Source: Octopus sinensis (Eukaryota). Taken from it: DNA of 64,000 bases. Under the pieces are notes generated by a model. The model had not been told where the DNA came from. It did not search any database and saw only the letters and a list, made by a program, of their open reading frames with translations. This document shows, piece by piece, positions 1 through 12,503 of this stretch (its first letter is position 1; each line of letters begins with the position of its first letter). Position numbers and translations under genes: made by a program. The DNA lies in NCBI RefSeq assembly GCF_006345805.1, contig NC_043017.1, forward strand, positions 15,934,001 through 15,998,000, given 5' to 3'.

Positions 1-297
1 TATTGAAACTGTGATGATATTTGGTCAATTAGTGATGCGGGGTCCAGCGGGTTTCCTGTTTTTCTGTATGTCTCTTCGTTATCTCCCTGGGCCAGACTTG
101 CATTACACACACACATAAATGTAGTGAATGGGAAATCAAATGAAAGTATAATTCTAGGAAACTAAGTCATTTGATCTCTTCGAAGCAACCCACATTCGTT
201 CACACTGATATGCATCCTCACGCTTTATTGGAAAAATGTGTCATGGGAATGGAATTTAGATTGTTGCTGAAGGTCAAGGTTGAGGCTTCACTCACGT

Positions 298-310
298 ACA
301 CACACACACA

Positions 311-360
<50 letters not shown>

Positions 361-365
361 AACAT

Positions 366-427
<62 letters not shown>

Positions 428-445
428 CACATACAAACATGCACA
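298..445. repeat. Interrupted (CA)n microsatellite
   Basis: Direct reading. Similar (CA/TG)n tracts lie at 13834-13910, 19743-19932, 40540-40675 and 41130-41184, among many others. Confidence 0.95.
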
Positions 446-963
446 CATACCAAATTCACTCACAAGTCATTGGTCGACCAAGAGTGGTAGAATTCTAGTT
501 TGACCCCAAATTGATCAATACTCAAGGTGCTGTGCAGTGGGGCTGAACCTGAAACCACCAGCTTAAGGAGTGTACTTCTTAACCCCAGTCATGACTACAT
601 TTGTCTCATTATTGAAATAAATGAAGGAATTTGCTACTTTACCGAATATAACCAAATTGGTGAAACAGGGAGAGAGAGGGACCTCTTCATGGTAGCATTA
701 GATGCTAGAAATAGCAGCTAAATTCCTTTCAAATTAATCCTCAGCCAAAGATATGGCCCAAATGCTTACTACAGAGTGAAAACCAATAAAAACACTCAAG
801 GACCTAGGGACAACATTATTTTAATGGTTTTGATATATAAAAGGGAATGGGTTTTCACAATAACTCACTAGGTAGAGTGCAGGACTGTTGAAAGTTATCA
901 AAATGTGTAATCGTTAGATCAGTTCTCCAAACGTGTCTCATGAAATCCTGCTTTGTTGTAAAG

Positions 964-1161
964 GGGTCAGCTGGGAGAATGGTTACTGCACTGGACAAAG
1001 TGCTTAGCGACATTTTGTCCATCTTTACATTCTCAGTTCAAATTTACCTGGGTCCACTTTGCCTTTCATCCATTCAGGGTTGATAAAATGAGTACCAGTT
1101 GAGCACTGGGGTCGATGTAATTGATTTACCCCTCCCCCTAAATTGCTGGCTTTGTGCCAAA
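964..1161 (+). mobile_element. SINE family B (OK-like)
   Basis: GTTCAAAT...CTTTGCCTTTCATCC...AGTACCAGTT.A.CACTGGGGTCGAT. Other copies lie at 1308-1490 (-), 7375-7960 (nested cluster), 9630-9790, 17812-18030, 29374-29580 (+) and 41320-41450 (-). Confidence 0.8.
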
Positions 1162-2671
1162 CGAATATATAAAAGAGAGTGTAGGAATGTTTCAAGTTGT
1201 AGGCAACAGTTTTTACACTGAGGCAGTTGAGATTCTGTGTAAGGGTCCATACTTTTCAAGCAGAAATGCACAAGTTATGAGAGTGTCTCTAGCCTAAGGT
1301 GTTCTTTTCTACTCTAAGCACAAGGCCCGAAATTTTTGTGGGAGGGGCCAGTCAATTAGATCGACCCCAGTACACAACTGGTACATAATTTATCAACCCC
1401 GAAAGGATGAAAGGCAAGGTCGGCTCAGCAGAATTTGAACTCAGAACATAAAGACAGACAAGCATTTCACCTGGCATTGCCACCTTTCTTGCTGAAGATA
1501 TTGATTAAACCAGGTAATAAGGCCAGGTGCAGCTACAGCTTGAAATATTAGCCAGGTGAAGGATTCATTGGGAAGAAACCTGCCCACATATCTGAACAAA
1601 AGCAATCGTGAAAAAAAAGCATTTGTCTCCTGGCATTTGTTTTTTGTAGTTGGTGGCACATCTCTGGCCCATATGTGGTGCACCTGTGTGACACACTTGC
1701 GCACTGCAGGTGTGTTTTATGCTTGAAAATGACTGTCGTACAGTTGTTGCTTAATCTGCTAGAAATAGCAGTCAAATTTACTTGGAGTCACAGTCAGAAA
1801 GATACACTGGAGACTGTAGTTGTTGATAAAAAGAAAGAAGAAAAAAGACAGGATGGTCATGGTTGGAATGCCTTTGATCTGAGGCTTGTGGGATGGGATT
1901 ATAGGGCTGATTGTAGGGTAAACAATGACTATCACCTTGATGATGATTTCCACCACCACCACCATTGCTGCTACTACTACTACTACAAAACTATTTCCCC
2001 AGTCATTGGTGAATCACATTTTCATCACCATATTACATTACATTTTCCATCTCCACACACCAAGTTCTGCATGACACCACACATACCCCAGCACACACTG
2101 CCAGTGGTGGTTGACAGGTTTTGAAACCCTCCTCTCCCCAACCGCTCCATGCACTTCTAATTCTTATCTTTTATTTCAATTTTTCTCTCTTTTTCTCAAC
2201 TGCTTGGCCACCAAAGGATTGAATTTAATAATCGAGACCCTCCCAGTTGAAATCCACGCCATACATACATCCCTTTAACTTTTACTTGTTTCAGTCATTG
2301 GACTGTGGCCATGCTGGGGTACTGCTCTTTAGGGTTTAGTCAGACAAATCAACCCCCAGTATTTATTTTTTTAAGTCTGATCCTTACTCTATCAGTCGCT
2401 TTTGCTGAATCACTAAGTTATGGCAAAATAAACAAACCAACACAATAAACAAGCCAACTTCTTAACCACACAGCCATCTCATAGGAATTGAACACCTATT
2501 TTGTATATCTCTAACTACCTCTTCAGAGATTCAACTTTCAGATAATTTTTAATTTAATTAATTAATTTTCTGAAGGTCTGGAATTGAAACAGCTGTAAGA
2601 GATGTTTGTCAATTTTTTAATTAATAAATAATAATTTATTAATTAACTCTCTATTTTCTCATCTTCCCCAA

Positions 2672-2717
2672 GACACCTGAAGAAGTCTGGAGGGTATATC
2701 AGCCGAAACATTGTGTT
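2672..2717 (+). ncRNA. Damaged minimal hammerhead motif in a Penelope-like terminal repeat
   Basis: GACAC-CUGAAGA-A-GTCTG...CAGCC-GAAAC-AUU-GTGTT. G16.2 appears mutated to A and stem II has one mismatch. Confidence 0.5.
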
Positions 2718-2865
2718 AACAACAAACAATATGAGGACAAATATCTGTCAAATATAAATAATGTATATATATATATATATATACCGGAGTAAACACATAA
2801 ATGTGAAACAAGGTGGAAAAAAGAGTACTCAAATACCAGTGGTAGAGTAATATGCTTTAAATAAA

Positions 2866-2907
<42 letters not shown>

Positions 2908-2909
2908 GA

Positions 2910-3197
2910 CCGACTCTCCCATCGAAGATGGTGTATAAGTGTTTAGCTTTTGCTGAGCAACTTCTGCAAATGATTTGTGATCAAATGTTCGTGCCACACA
3001 TTATTAGCTCACTCTCCCTCCATCAAGTCAATGTTACCTGAACAGGTAAGCGGTGTACCACGTGCCAGGTGTCAAAGTGATTGCAGAGCAACGTGAGGCG
3101 AAGTGTTTTGCTCAAGAACACAACGCACCGCCCGGTCTAGGAATTGAAACCACAATCCCTAGGTCATGAGTGCAACACCAACACCCTGACCACTACA
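2910..3197 (-). mobile_element. tRNA-derived SINE with a GTGTTGTGTTCTTGAGCAAAACAC central domain
   Basis: B-box-like GTTTCAATTCC on the minus strand. The central domain is similar to those at 24463-24765 and 42750-43045, but the tail differs. Confidence 0.65.
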
Positions 3198-3425
3198 TAT
3201 CATTCTTAAACAAGAATACTATTCACAGCAACTTCAAAGCTTCACCTTTCTAAGCAGTCTAATGACAGCATAACTGGTCACAACTTCAAAGTCAGTCAAC
3301 AACAACATCCTTGTTTGAGAATAATAAATCTGTACTCTACAAAAGTATAAAGTAACCAATTAGATTAATGTAAAATTGTTTTTATTATAATTGAACACAA
3401 CAACAAATATTTGTGTGTGTGTGTA

Positions 3426-4610
3426 CAGGATGCGTAAGATATCTGAGGACAGATTTATGTTTATAAAAAAAAACAGTTATATAATAACAGATAATAACTT
3501 TATTTATCAAAAAAACGCTATGAGGATAAAAATAAACCTTCTTTTCTGTAATGTTATTCAATAAAGCCACCTTCAGCTTCAACAACTGCGTCTATATGAG
3601 ATCTAAATCATCTACATGCTCGAATCAAGTGGTCCTGGTTCATTCTGGACATTACTCTGACTATGGCTGCTTTCAAAGGATCTGGTGGGTTCATTGACCT
3701 CTCTCTCAATAACGCTCCACATGTAATAGTCCAATGGATTGAGATCTGGGGAATTAGGAGGCCAAATATTAGAGGCTATGTGATCGTGAAAATTTTCAAC
3801 CATCCATTTCTGTGTTACTGGAGCCATGTATGATAGTGCAGAGTCTTACTGAAACACATGGCCCTCCATTGCACACACTGTCTATGCAGGGCTTAACAAT
3901 TATTTCTAGGACCTCAGTCTAGGTGGCATGACAGTTGCAGGAACTTTTGCATGCATAACACTTGGAACTTCAGAAGGGTCTGCACATAACCATCTGTCAT
4001 TTCTTCTGTTAACTTTTTGATCTTGGTCAAAGTTTTTCTCGTTTGAGAAAAACCAAATCAAATCTTCTTCTTCTGGATTTTTCAGTTTGTTTTAGAGCCT
4101 TTTAGATCTGATGTAGCAATTTTCTTTTGCTTTTTCTGACAAATTGACCTTTCCTCATCATATAAGACTTATATATCTAATACCTTCATGGACATAATTT
4201 CTGACTGTTCCTTCTGACACATGAAGATCTTTTGCAATTGACCTCATGAACTTTCTGGGATTGTAATCAATGGTCTGTTGAACTTGCTGGATAAATTCAG
4301 GTGTCCTGATGATTTCAGGGCCTTTAGAATGCTTTTTATGCTTTGATACTGGTGATACATTTCCATCTTCAGTCTTTGGCTCCTTACAAACTTTGTAGAC
4401 GAAAGAGATCTGGCAACTTTTCAAAATCGAGATATTTCTAAATCACTATGCTCAGCCTTTATAACCACAATAACTAGATGCCTCTTCATTTCTTGAGTAA
4501 ACTGAGGATCTGCCATTATTATTTTCTGAAACAAAGATTATACAGAGTTAGCAAAAAATGCAGCTATGACCCCAAAAAAGCTATGTCCTCAAAATACCTT
4601 ACGCACCCTG
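3426..4610 (-). mobile_element. Tc1/mariner DD37D (maT-type) DNA transposon, defective, internally deleted
   Basis: Imperfect 26-27 bp TIRs (CAGGATGCGTAAGATATCTGAGGACA at 3426; TGTCCTCAAAATACCTTACGCACCCTG at 4584-4610) flanked by TA on both sides. Minus-strand translation gives an HTH region (IRTPEF...SIAKDLHVSEGTVRN), FSNEKNF, FQ*DSA and WPPNSPDLNPLDYY. There are 37 residues between the second and third catalytic Asp. Stops and frameshifts are present. Confidence 0.92.
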
Positions 4611-4879
4611 TATATAACTTGAGAAACTCACATTGAACTTTGCTTTATTTCATAAAGTTTTGCAGTTTTTCAAAAGTTCTTTCCCTAAACACCTGACAAT
4701 GTGTTAAGCTATGAAATACCTTAACTTGACTGGTTACTTGTGACTTGTGGTGTTTGTCAGGGATGGTGGGATTTATCTTATATATGAATCACACTGACAA
4801 ACCTGTAGAAATTCCCAATTTAGACATTTTTGCTGACGACATTGGAATACAAATGAATTGTAAAAATATTTCACATTTC

Positions 4880-5330
4880 CTGTTTGATCTCTCATTCCTG
4901 ACATTGTTGTGGAGGTTCCCTGAGACGCCCCCCTCCCAGTCATCACATATTGTCTGACCATATTCTTCAGGTCATCACTAATGGTTTGCTCATCCATTCC
5001 TTCATGTTGTCTGACCATTTTTACTTCTCTCCACTTCTCCTTCTCTTCCTCTTCAGTTCTTTGGAAAATGGTCTTAGCAAAGCCATCCTAGATTTTATTC
5101 CATGACCAAACCATCTCAGTTCTCTCTTCCCCACATTGTGAGATCTTCCTGGGAACCTGTTATTCTGGTGGATGGTTTCATAGCCCTGTTTATTTCTGAT
5201 GTACTCTAAATATAAAACATTGAAGGCATTTCCATACCATTCCATGTCCAGCATCTCTGAATTCCTCTCTTTTTCTCCAGTCAAACTCTACATCTCACAT
5301 TCAGAAAGACAAAGAGCATCACTCTACACT
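4880..5330 (-). mobile_element. RTE-clade LINE 3' fragment (post-RT region), decayed
   Basis: Minus-strand ...KRELRWFGH...KRKRRRSGEK/WSDNMKEW matches the RTE C-terminal LRWFGH...GKRRRGR..W.DNIKEW pattern. Confidence 0.75.
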
Positions 5331-5699
5331 GGAGTCTGAGTTTAATCCTCATTGTGATATTTTCTTCTCCCCACATTGGCTCACGAACTGCTTAACCCTT
5401 TCGATACCAACTCACTTGAGACTGTTCCTTTAGTCTATCATACAAAATTCCTGTCTTAAGGAATATAGAAGAAAACCCTCCATTAACATTTCATGATTAT
5501 TTATGCCCCAAACCCCAGTTTAATAACGATAAAGTTACTTGCTAAATTGTTTCTCTTTTCCAAAATTAACTGAAACAGAAATTAACAGAAAATTAACAGA
5601 ATAATTGTATTTCAGCAGAAATATGATAACACGGGTCCAAAGTTACGATTGTCCACTTAAACTTTGCTCTTCTGTGGTTGGCGATTTTCAACAAACAAA

Positions 5700-6600
5700 T
5701 GCATTAATACTATTTTTCTTAGCTCTGAATCTCCTTTATCTAATGTCATCTGAGGTTAATGCCATTCTTGTTGCACAGGATACAAAATACATGGCAGTCA
5801 ATTTTTATTGGTGATCTGAAATATACGAAGTCTATATGTGATATGTTTGATAGAGATCATAGAGTCATATTAATCTCTTATCTTTAAAAGCTTCAACAAC
5901 TGAGATATTCAATCTCTTTGTCACATGTTTAAGTCTTATTACATCCTTTTACTTCCGTCGACTTTTTTCTGGTCTCCCCCATATCTAATTTGTAACATAG
6001 ATCTAGTTGAAAAAATCACGAAACATTTCAAAGCTCTTACTTACTTAATGCAATGATTGGAAAGCTTAAATTGACTTCTGTTGGAAACAGAGCATGTAGT
6101 AAATGACAAAGTGTTTGTGCACAAAATATTATATAACAAAGAATCTACTACTTTTCACTGACGACTTTTTGCTGCCATATCATGCATATCTGTGACATAT
6201 TTATAACTACAAACTGGGCCAATCTTTGTTGTCTTTACCAAGGGTGTTATTGTGCTAAAAAAAAACCTCTTAGTCATTCACTGATGATATCTCTGATAAC
6301 AGCAATAGTTGTCTTTTTTTAAAGACACCTAAATCACATATTCATTGTAATAACATGTCATAAACAGTATGTTAAATGAAACAAACTTTCACTTATTTGT
6401 TGTATTAATCTGAAAAGTCTGACTGCTGCCTTATTACTAAGGAAACCAAGGAAGTGAAATTTCTGACAATTTATTTTGAAGCTTTTGTTGTGAAAATTTA
6501 AACAGGTGTGAATATATTGTTATAATGTCTATACACAGAAAAAAAAAAAATAAATAGGCTTTATAGTTTGTTGTTCAGCTATCAAAGAACTTGTACACTT
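5700..6600 (-). mobile_element. Possible highly decayed hAT transposase fragment
   Basis: AT-rich non-repetitive stretch with faint minus-strand resemblance to hAT motifs (VTDMHDMAAKS vs CTDGA.AM; HKHFVIYY.AL vs HC.IH..AL). Many stops. Confidence 0.25.
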
Positions 6601-6829
6601 TATCTGTTCCTCACAAAGTGAACTCCTGACAAATCGCTATTTAAATCAAACACAAACCCAAACTCTTTTGAACATGATATATTTTGTAATTTTCATGCAG
6701 AATTAAAATTTTTTTTTTTGTTTCTTTCCTGTCTTTGCAATTATTCTTCCTCGGTAACTTTTATATGTTTTAGTAGTTTGCAGGGTTGGTGTCTTGAGAT
6801 TTGGTGATGACAAAGTCTCCTCAAATCTT

Positions 6830-7040
6830 AAGAATCTTTCTTTGGATTCTTGCAGAATAGAGGAATGCCACTTTTCAGCCAGTTTGACAATACCATGTTT
6901 CAGTTCCAACATCCTTCAATCCTTTGGGTAGAAATTTGGACGTTGCTCCAAGAGCACCAATTACCACAAGGGAAAGTCGTTGCCTTTGTCTTCCACAGTT
7001 TCTTCATCTCTCTGGCTTGGTCCTCGGTTGCTTTAGCCTT
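6830..7040 (-). mobile_element. R4/Dong-like (REL endonuclease) LINE C-terminal fragment
   Basis: With a frameshift it reads REMKKLWKTKATTFPVVIGALGATSKFL...KVAFLYSARI, matching the LW...PVVIGALG...LQK..LL.SARILR signature. Confidence 0.7.
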
Positions 7041-7374
7041 GGCTGGCAATCTCCTGCAGATGGTGTGTCTCACTAAAAATGTCCATGGTTATGATACCTC
7101 GAAACCACAGCCCTCACTATGAGTGTAACGTCAAATATAAAGTATTATCACAACTGCATTCGTGAGACTGGGTACCTGAGCAAAAGTCCCTCATATGGCA
7201 AGTGCCCCTCTAAGAAACACATGGACCTGGTCGTTACCCAAATACTGTTGCAAAGGTTAGGAGAAGGTGGTCTCAAAACTACAACAAAACTGTGATACAA
7301 TGTTGTTGCTATTATTACTATGATTATTACTATAATAATAATAATAATAATAATTAATTATTATTATTGAAATT

Positions 7375-7960
7375 AAGGTGGTGAGCCGGCAGAGTTGTTA
7401 ACTCATCAAACAAAACGCTTAGTGGCATTTCGTCTGTGTTTACATTCTGAGTTTCACTGAGGTTGACTTTACCTTTCATCCTTTCAGGATCAATAAAAGA
7501 AATACCTATTTCTTTATTACCCACAAGGGGCTAAAGACAGAGGGGAAAAACAAGGAAAGACATGGGTATTAAGTCGATTACATCAACCCCAGTGCGTAAC
7601 TGGTACTTAATTTATCGACCCCGAAAGGATGAAAGGCAAAGTCGACCTCGGCGGAATTTGAATACAGCTACGCATTTTGCCCGGCGTGCTAACGTTTCTG
7701 CCAGCTCGATACTGGGGGGTTTAAGTGATTGACAAGTCATCTCCCCTAAAATATGATGCCTTGTGCCTTAGCATGCCAGACAAAATGCTTAGTGGTATTT
7801 CATCTGATTTTTACATTCTGTGTTCAAATTCCGCCGAGGTTGACTTTGCCTTTCATCCTTTTGAGGCCGGTAAATAAGTACCAGTTGTGTACTGGGGTTG
7901 ATGAAATCAACTTGCCCCTCCCCTGAAATTACTGGCCTTGTGCCAAAATTTGAAATCATT
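7375..7960. mobile_element. Nested and tandem SINE family B cluster
   Basis: A + copy (7375-7498, resuming at 7709-7770) is interrupted by a better-preserved - copy (7499-7708). Another + copy follows at 7771-7960. Confidence 0.8.
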
Positions 7961-8789
7961 ACTATTTTTTGTAGTAGTAGTAGTAGTAGTAGTAGTAGCA
8001 GCAGCAGCATTATTATGTTTGGAATTTTTAACTTTGAAATTTTTTTCGTGTTGTTATTATAAAGCTGTGAGAATTGTCGGCTCATATTTTTCTGTCTTTC
8101 TCATGAAATATTTAAGAAATCATGTGTGTGTGTGTGTGCATTTGTACCCCCCCCCCCACACACACACACATAATACATAGATATAGAATGTTTGTCTTCA
8201 TTTTACTTACACTTTCCACATGCTCACACGTCTGTGTACACACACACACACACATGCATGCACACACTTCTATAATTCCTTACATTGTCTAAAGAAATTC
8301 CAAAGATAACAGAGAAGATATTTCTTTCTGTTTTAAATTCTTTTCTCTCTTCATCCGTCCCCCAACTCTGTCATTCTCTCTCTCATTCCACAACTCTATA
8401 TGCATGTGTGTGTGTGTATGTGCATGTGTTTGTGTGTATGTGTGTGTGTCTGCGTGTTTGTGTGTGTGTGTGTCCGCGTGTGTGTATTGTATAGACATAC
8501 ACATATAGGTGTGTACATGCACTGTTTATAGTATAAAAGAGAAAAAGTACTCAATACAAGATGTTTGGGTGTATCTTGAAAGCTTGGAGGTTGAAACTTT
8601 GAAGTCACTGTCACCTTCTCTTCTTGTAGAAGTATAAGAAGAAATTACTCTTCTAAAAAGCATTGAGTAATTCTTCATTTTAACGTTCAATAGTTTTTAT
8701 TATAAAACAACATAAAGAAAAAACAACAAACATATATATTATTATTATCATTATTATTATCATTTTCATCATTTTCATTATTATTATCT

Positions 8790-8962
8790 TTATTATTATT
8801 ATTATTATTAAGTATTGGTCTTATTGCTGGTGTAATTTATAAATGCTTTGATATCTCTCATATGGTTTCAGTGAACCTTCAAGTGCTCAGCCACCCTTCT
8901 GTTGATCCTTCCTGTTCCTAAGAGGTCGATGCTCTTCAGAACATTCCATTCTCATTTCCATC
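8790..8962 (-). mobile_element. R4/Dong-like LINE extreme 3' end, decayed
   Basis: LKSIDLLGTGRINRRVAEHL resembles the LQK..LLGTARILR.VL motif, and it is followed by a (TAA)n tail. Confidence 0.5.
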
Positions 8963-8963
8963 T

Positions 8964-9131
8964 TTATTATTATTATTATTATTATTATTATTGCCTTTGC
9001 ACAGCTTCTAACGCTGGAGATGTACTATAGTGTCAGCTGTTCACTACCAGGGAACTAAGGTAACACCTCTTATTTTCCGAGCACCTTCTGGAGTATTCGA
9101 GTGGTTCCAAGCAATGCAGTTTTCTGCAACT
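8964..9131 (-). mobile_element. R4/Dong-like LINE 3' end (same family as 17384-17747)
   Basis: Sequence is close to 17405-17540 (GCACAGCTTCTAACGCTGGAGATG...TTATTTTCCGAGCAC) and has a (TAA)n tail. Confidence 0.75.
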
Positions 9132-9516
9132 GCTATCCTCCTCCTCCTCCTCCTCCGCCTCCTTATCACGTGGCTTTCGCTGCCCTCCCAAGTGCAGCTC
9201 TGTGTGCCTTGCATATGTGCTCTGGTTTGTTGTGGTGCTCTTATTTTCACTGCATTGAAAGTGCTTTGCATAGGATGTGTGCGGTGCCTAGTTGTGCTAT
9301 TTTCTGTATGTTATATACATTCATTAGTCCTGGTGTTTTGGTTATGTATTTATCTGAATGCTTTTTAATTATACTTAATGCACCTGTTATTATAGGGATT
9401 GTTTGTGATTTTAGGCTCCACATTCGGGTTACCTCTATTTCCAGATCTTTGTATTTTGAGAGTTTCTCTGTTTCTTAGAGATACATTGTCATCTGTTATT
9501 GCCTTTAGTAGAAAGG

Positions 9517-9550
9517 ATTATTATCATTATTATCATTATCATTATTATTA

Positions 9551-9601
<51 letters not shown>

Positions 9602-9617
9602 TATTATTATTATTATA
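9517..9617. repeat. (TTA)n/(CAT)n microsatellite
   Basis: Direct reading. Confidence 0.95.
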
Positions 9618-10646
9618 AGGGTAGTAAATTGGTGGGATCATTCCCATGCTGGACAAAATGCTTTATGGCATTTTTTGTTCTTTGTTTTGAGTTCAAGTGC
9701 TGCTGAGACCAACTTTGCATTTCACACTATCAATAAAATAAAGTACCAGTCATGTACTGGGGTCAATGTAATTGACTGATACCCCCTCCACCACCACCAA
9801 AAAACCAAAAGTTGCCAGTCAAAGTTTGAAACAATTATTATTTATTTTTTTTTGATTGGTCTCAAGAACGGTCGTTAAGGACCACAGAAAGCAATTGGCA
9901 GCGAGTTAGAGATTGTGTGAGATGATGAGAGAAAGAGTAGCAACAATGTCTCTTGAAATTTTTGCTTCATATTTCAAACAGTGAGAACCAATCAGGAGAA
10001 AGTCCACACCAAATCCTGGACTCTCCTCATTTTCAAAAAGGCAAGTGTCCACTTCATGTTCCCATCCATGGCCTAACAGAAGATTTACTCAATCCACTCA
10101 TTGTCACTCTATCACTTTTACTGAATTTACTGGACGCCAACACTTACCTCTTCCTTCGCTCTCTGTCTCATTTTCAAGAGGTGCTTGAAAAACTTGATGA
10201 GGGATTGGCCTGAGTGACAAGAGAACCCTGTTGTCAAACGTTTGAACTACACCCACCCAACTATCTCTATCACCATAGTTACAAGACAAAGAGGCACAGT
10301 CAACTTCCCTGTTCAAGGAATGTCATGTTATGTGAGAGGCAGGATCTTCACAATGGACTTCACTGAGAGTCAGATCCGCTTCTAGAGAAAGGCTGTTAAA
10401 ACAGCTGTTTGACATATACAGTAAACGTTACCTAATCATCAGATCTACTTCCACCCTCTTCTTACAAGTCTCCATTTAAATTTTTAATCAATTTTAATTT
10501 TAGATTTCTCTCCCTTGCTTTCTTTCAAAAGAATTGTCATTAGTGTCAATGATTTTTTTTCCTATGTAAGTGAGATATCAATTATATTTCGTTTTGGGAT
10601 TTGGTTTGCAAGATTCTTTATGTGAGTTCGTGTTGAAGTATATTCT

Positions 10647-10960
10647 GTTGTGTCTGGGGAGAGTCATTTTCTTTTTGTGCCTTATAATTTAACGCACTCA
10701 CCGGTAAAATTTCCACTTATTTCTTATTTATATTTTCCTAGAATTTTCATTGCGTCTTGCAACCTTTTCAATAGTCTTGACAAACACAGATGCAAAGACA
10801 CACACACACACACACACACATATATGTCAAGACTATTGAAAAGGTTGCAAGATGTAACAAAAATTTTAGGAAAATAAAAATAAGAAATGAGTGGAAATTT
10901 TACCGGTGAGTGTGTTAAATTATAAGGCACAAAAAGAAAATGACTCTCCCCAGACACAAC
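10647..10960. repeat. Inverted repeat with 136 bp arms around a 42 bp (CA)n-containing spacer
   Basis: 10647-10782 versus 10825-10960. A third solo copy lies at 35380-35512. Confidence 0.92.
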
Positions 10961-11404
10961 GAAATATCAGTTGATTAAACACTATTTTTAGTTCATTACA
11001 TGAAGTCTGAGATTTGAACTCTTATCCTATCCTTTAAATTGTTTGAAAGATTTATTCACCTTCTCCTCAGTCGGTACTTTCTTTGGGTATTCTTTGTGAC
11101 TATTACAATATCTCATTTTATAAGCACTTTGGTTTTGTGAGTAATTGTGAATCTCCTTCCATTCAGGATATGTATAGCGAGAGAGAGAGAGAGGGGGGGT
11201 TCCTGAGAGATTTTGGTTAAATGATAACAATATACTGTCGCTTTCAGACAAGCAGTGTCATTCATTTCCAATCTTCTACAAGAGAATGTCTGGCCATGGG
11301 GAAATGTTCCCTTGCTTGGAAGATAATATCCTGGCAATATCGGGGCTTGGAAAATCTTCCGGGCACTCAACAATACTCATACATACATGCATACATCATA
11401 CATT

Positions 11405-11447
<43 letters not shown>

Positions 11448-11449
11448 TT

Positions 11450-11785
11450 TATTCTTTTACTTGTTTAAGTCTTTTGACTGCAGCCATGCTGGAGAACCAC
11501 TTTTTGTTGAACTGCTAAGTTATGGGGACATAAACACAGCAACATCGGTTGTTAGGTGATGGTGGGGGAACAAACGCAGATCAAAAACACACTCACACAC
11601 ACACATATATGTAAATACATACATACATATCTATCTATCTATCTATTTATCTATATATATATATATATATATATATGATGGGCTTCTTTCTGTTCTTGTC
11701 CACCAAATCCACACACAAGGTGCCACAATGTGGGATTGAACCCAGAACCATGTGATTGGGAATCAAGCTTTTTACCACTCAGTCA
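11450..11785 (-). mobile_element. SINE family A, decayed
   Basis: Tail TTTTACTTGTTT..GTC, body GGGGACATAAACAC, and tRNA head on the minus strand. Further partial copies lie at about 443-590, 2270-2480, 13310-13450, 14350-14470 and 25190-25335 (minus), and 25790-25920, 27360-27490, 43875-44000, 54130-54300 and 55030-55090 (plus). Confidence 0.75.
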
Positions 11786-12217
11786 TGCCTGCACCTATGT
11801 ATGTATATTTATATACAAATGCTGTGTCAGTAAAAGAATTATTGTCAACTATTTATCTAAATGACTCACAACATTCAACAACAGTTTCAAGGAAATGCCT
11901 ACAAGGACACGTAAATAAAAATATATTGTTTCCTTTTAGATTCCATTATCTGTAAAACCAGCCTTTTTTGATCCAACCTTCACTCAATGACAAAAACATT
12001 GGACACCGACGTTGGTAACCAAACAGGTGTGGTGTCTTGATTGCTTGGCTAAAATAACACAGGGTGACTGTTTGACCAAAGAAGTGGAATCGAGTCTATT
12101 TAGGTTGTTTATAAATAAGTTCTTTAGTCTGGTGACTGGCCAAACACTGGAAATATCTGATGTCTATAGTTTTCTTTACTGGAAATACTAGATGTGTGTG
12201 TGTGTGTATATATATAT

Positions 12218-12254
<37 letters not shown>

Positions 12255-12503
12255 CAGGTAGAGAGAGAGAGAGCCATCAAAATCCTCAGTTATTTTGGTA
12301 ATAATTCTGACTTATTTTTCCTGTGATAAGCTTTTATTTAAAGAATTTTCTGTTACACCTGATGAGCAAAATTGTTAGACAAAAACTGTGTAGAAGCCCA
12401 TTGTGTGTGTGTGTGCGTGTGTGTACATAAGTATGCATGTATGTATACATGCACTAGTATGCGTGTAGTATATGTGTAAAGAAAGAATACAAATGAGTTA
12501 AGT

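Noticed and set aside
171-503. Long His/Thr, Cys/Val and Ile/Tyr-rich ORFs here and throughout the ORF track (e.g. 12925-13536, 19606-19942, 40320-40773)
   Set aside because: These are translations of (CA)n, (TG)n, (TA)n and SINE sequence that lack stops by composition. They have no splice or domain support.
9890-10400. Complex sequence with faint piggyBac-like words (ATMSLEIF, FTGR)
   Set aside because: Motif spacing and the catalytic residues could not be reconstructed. Left unassigned.
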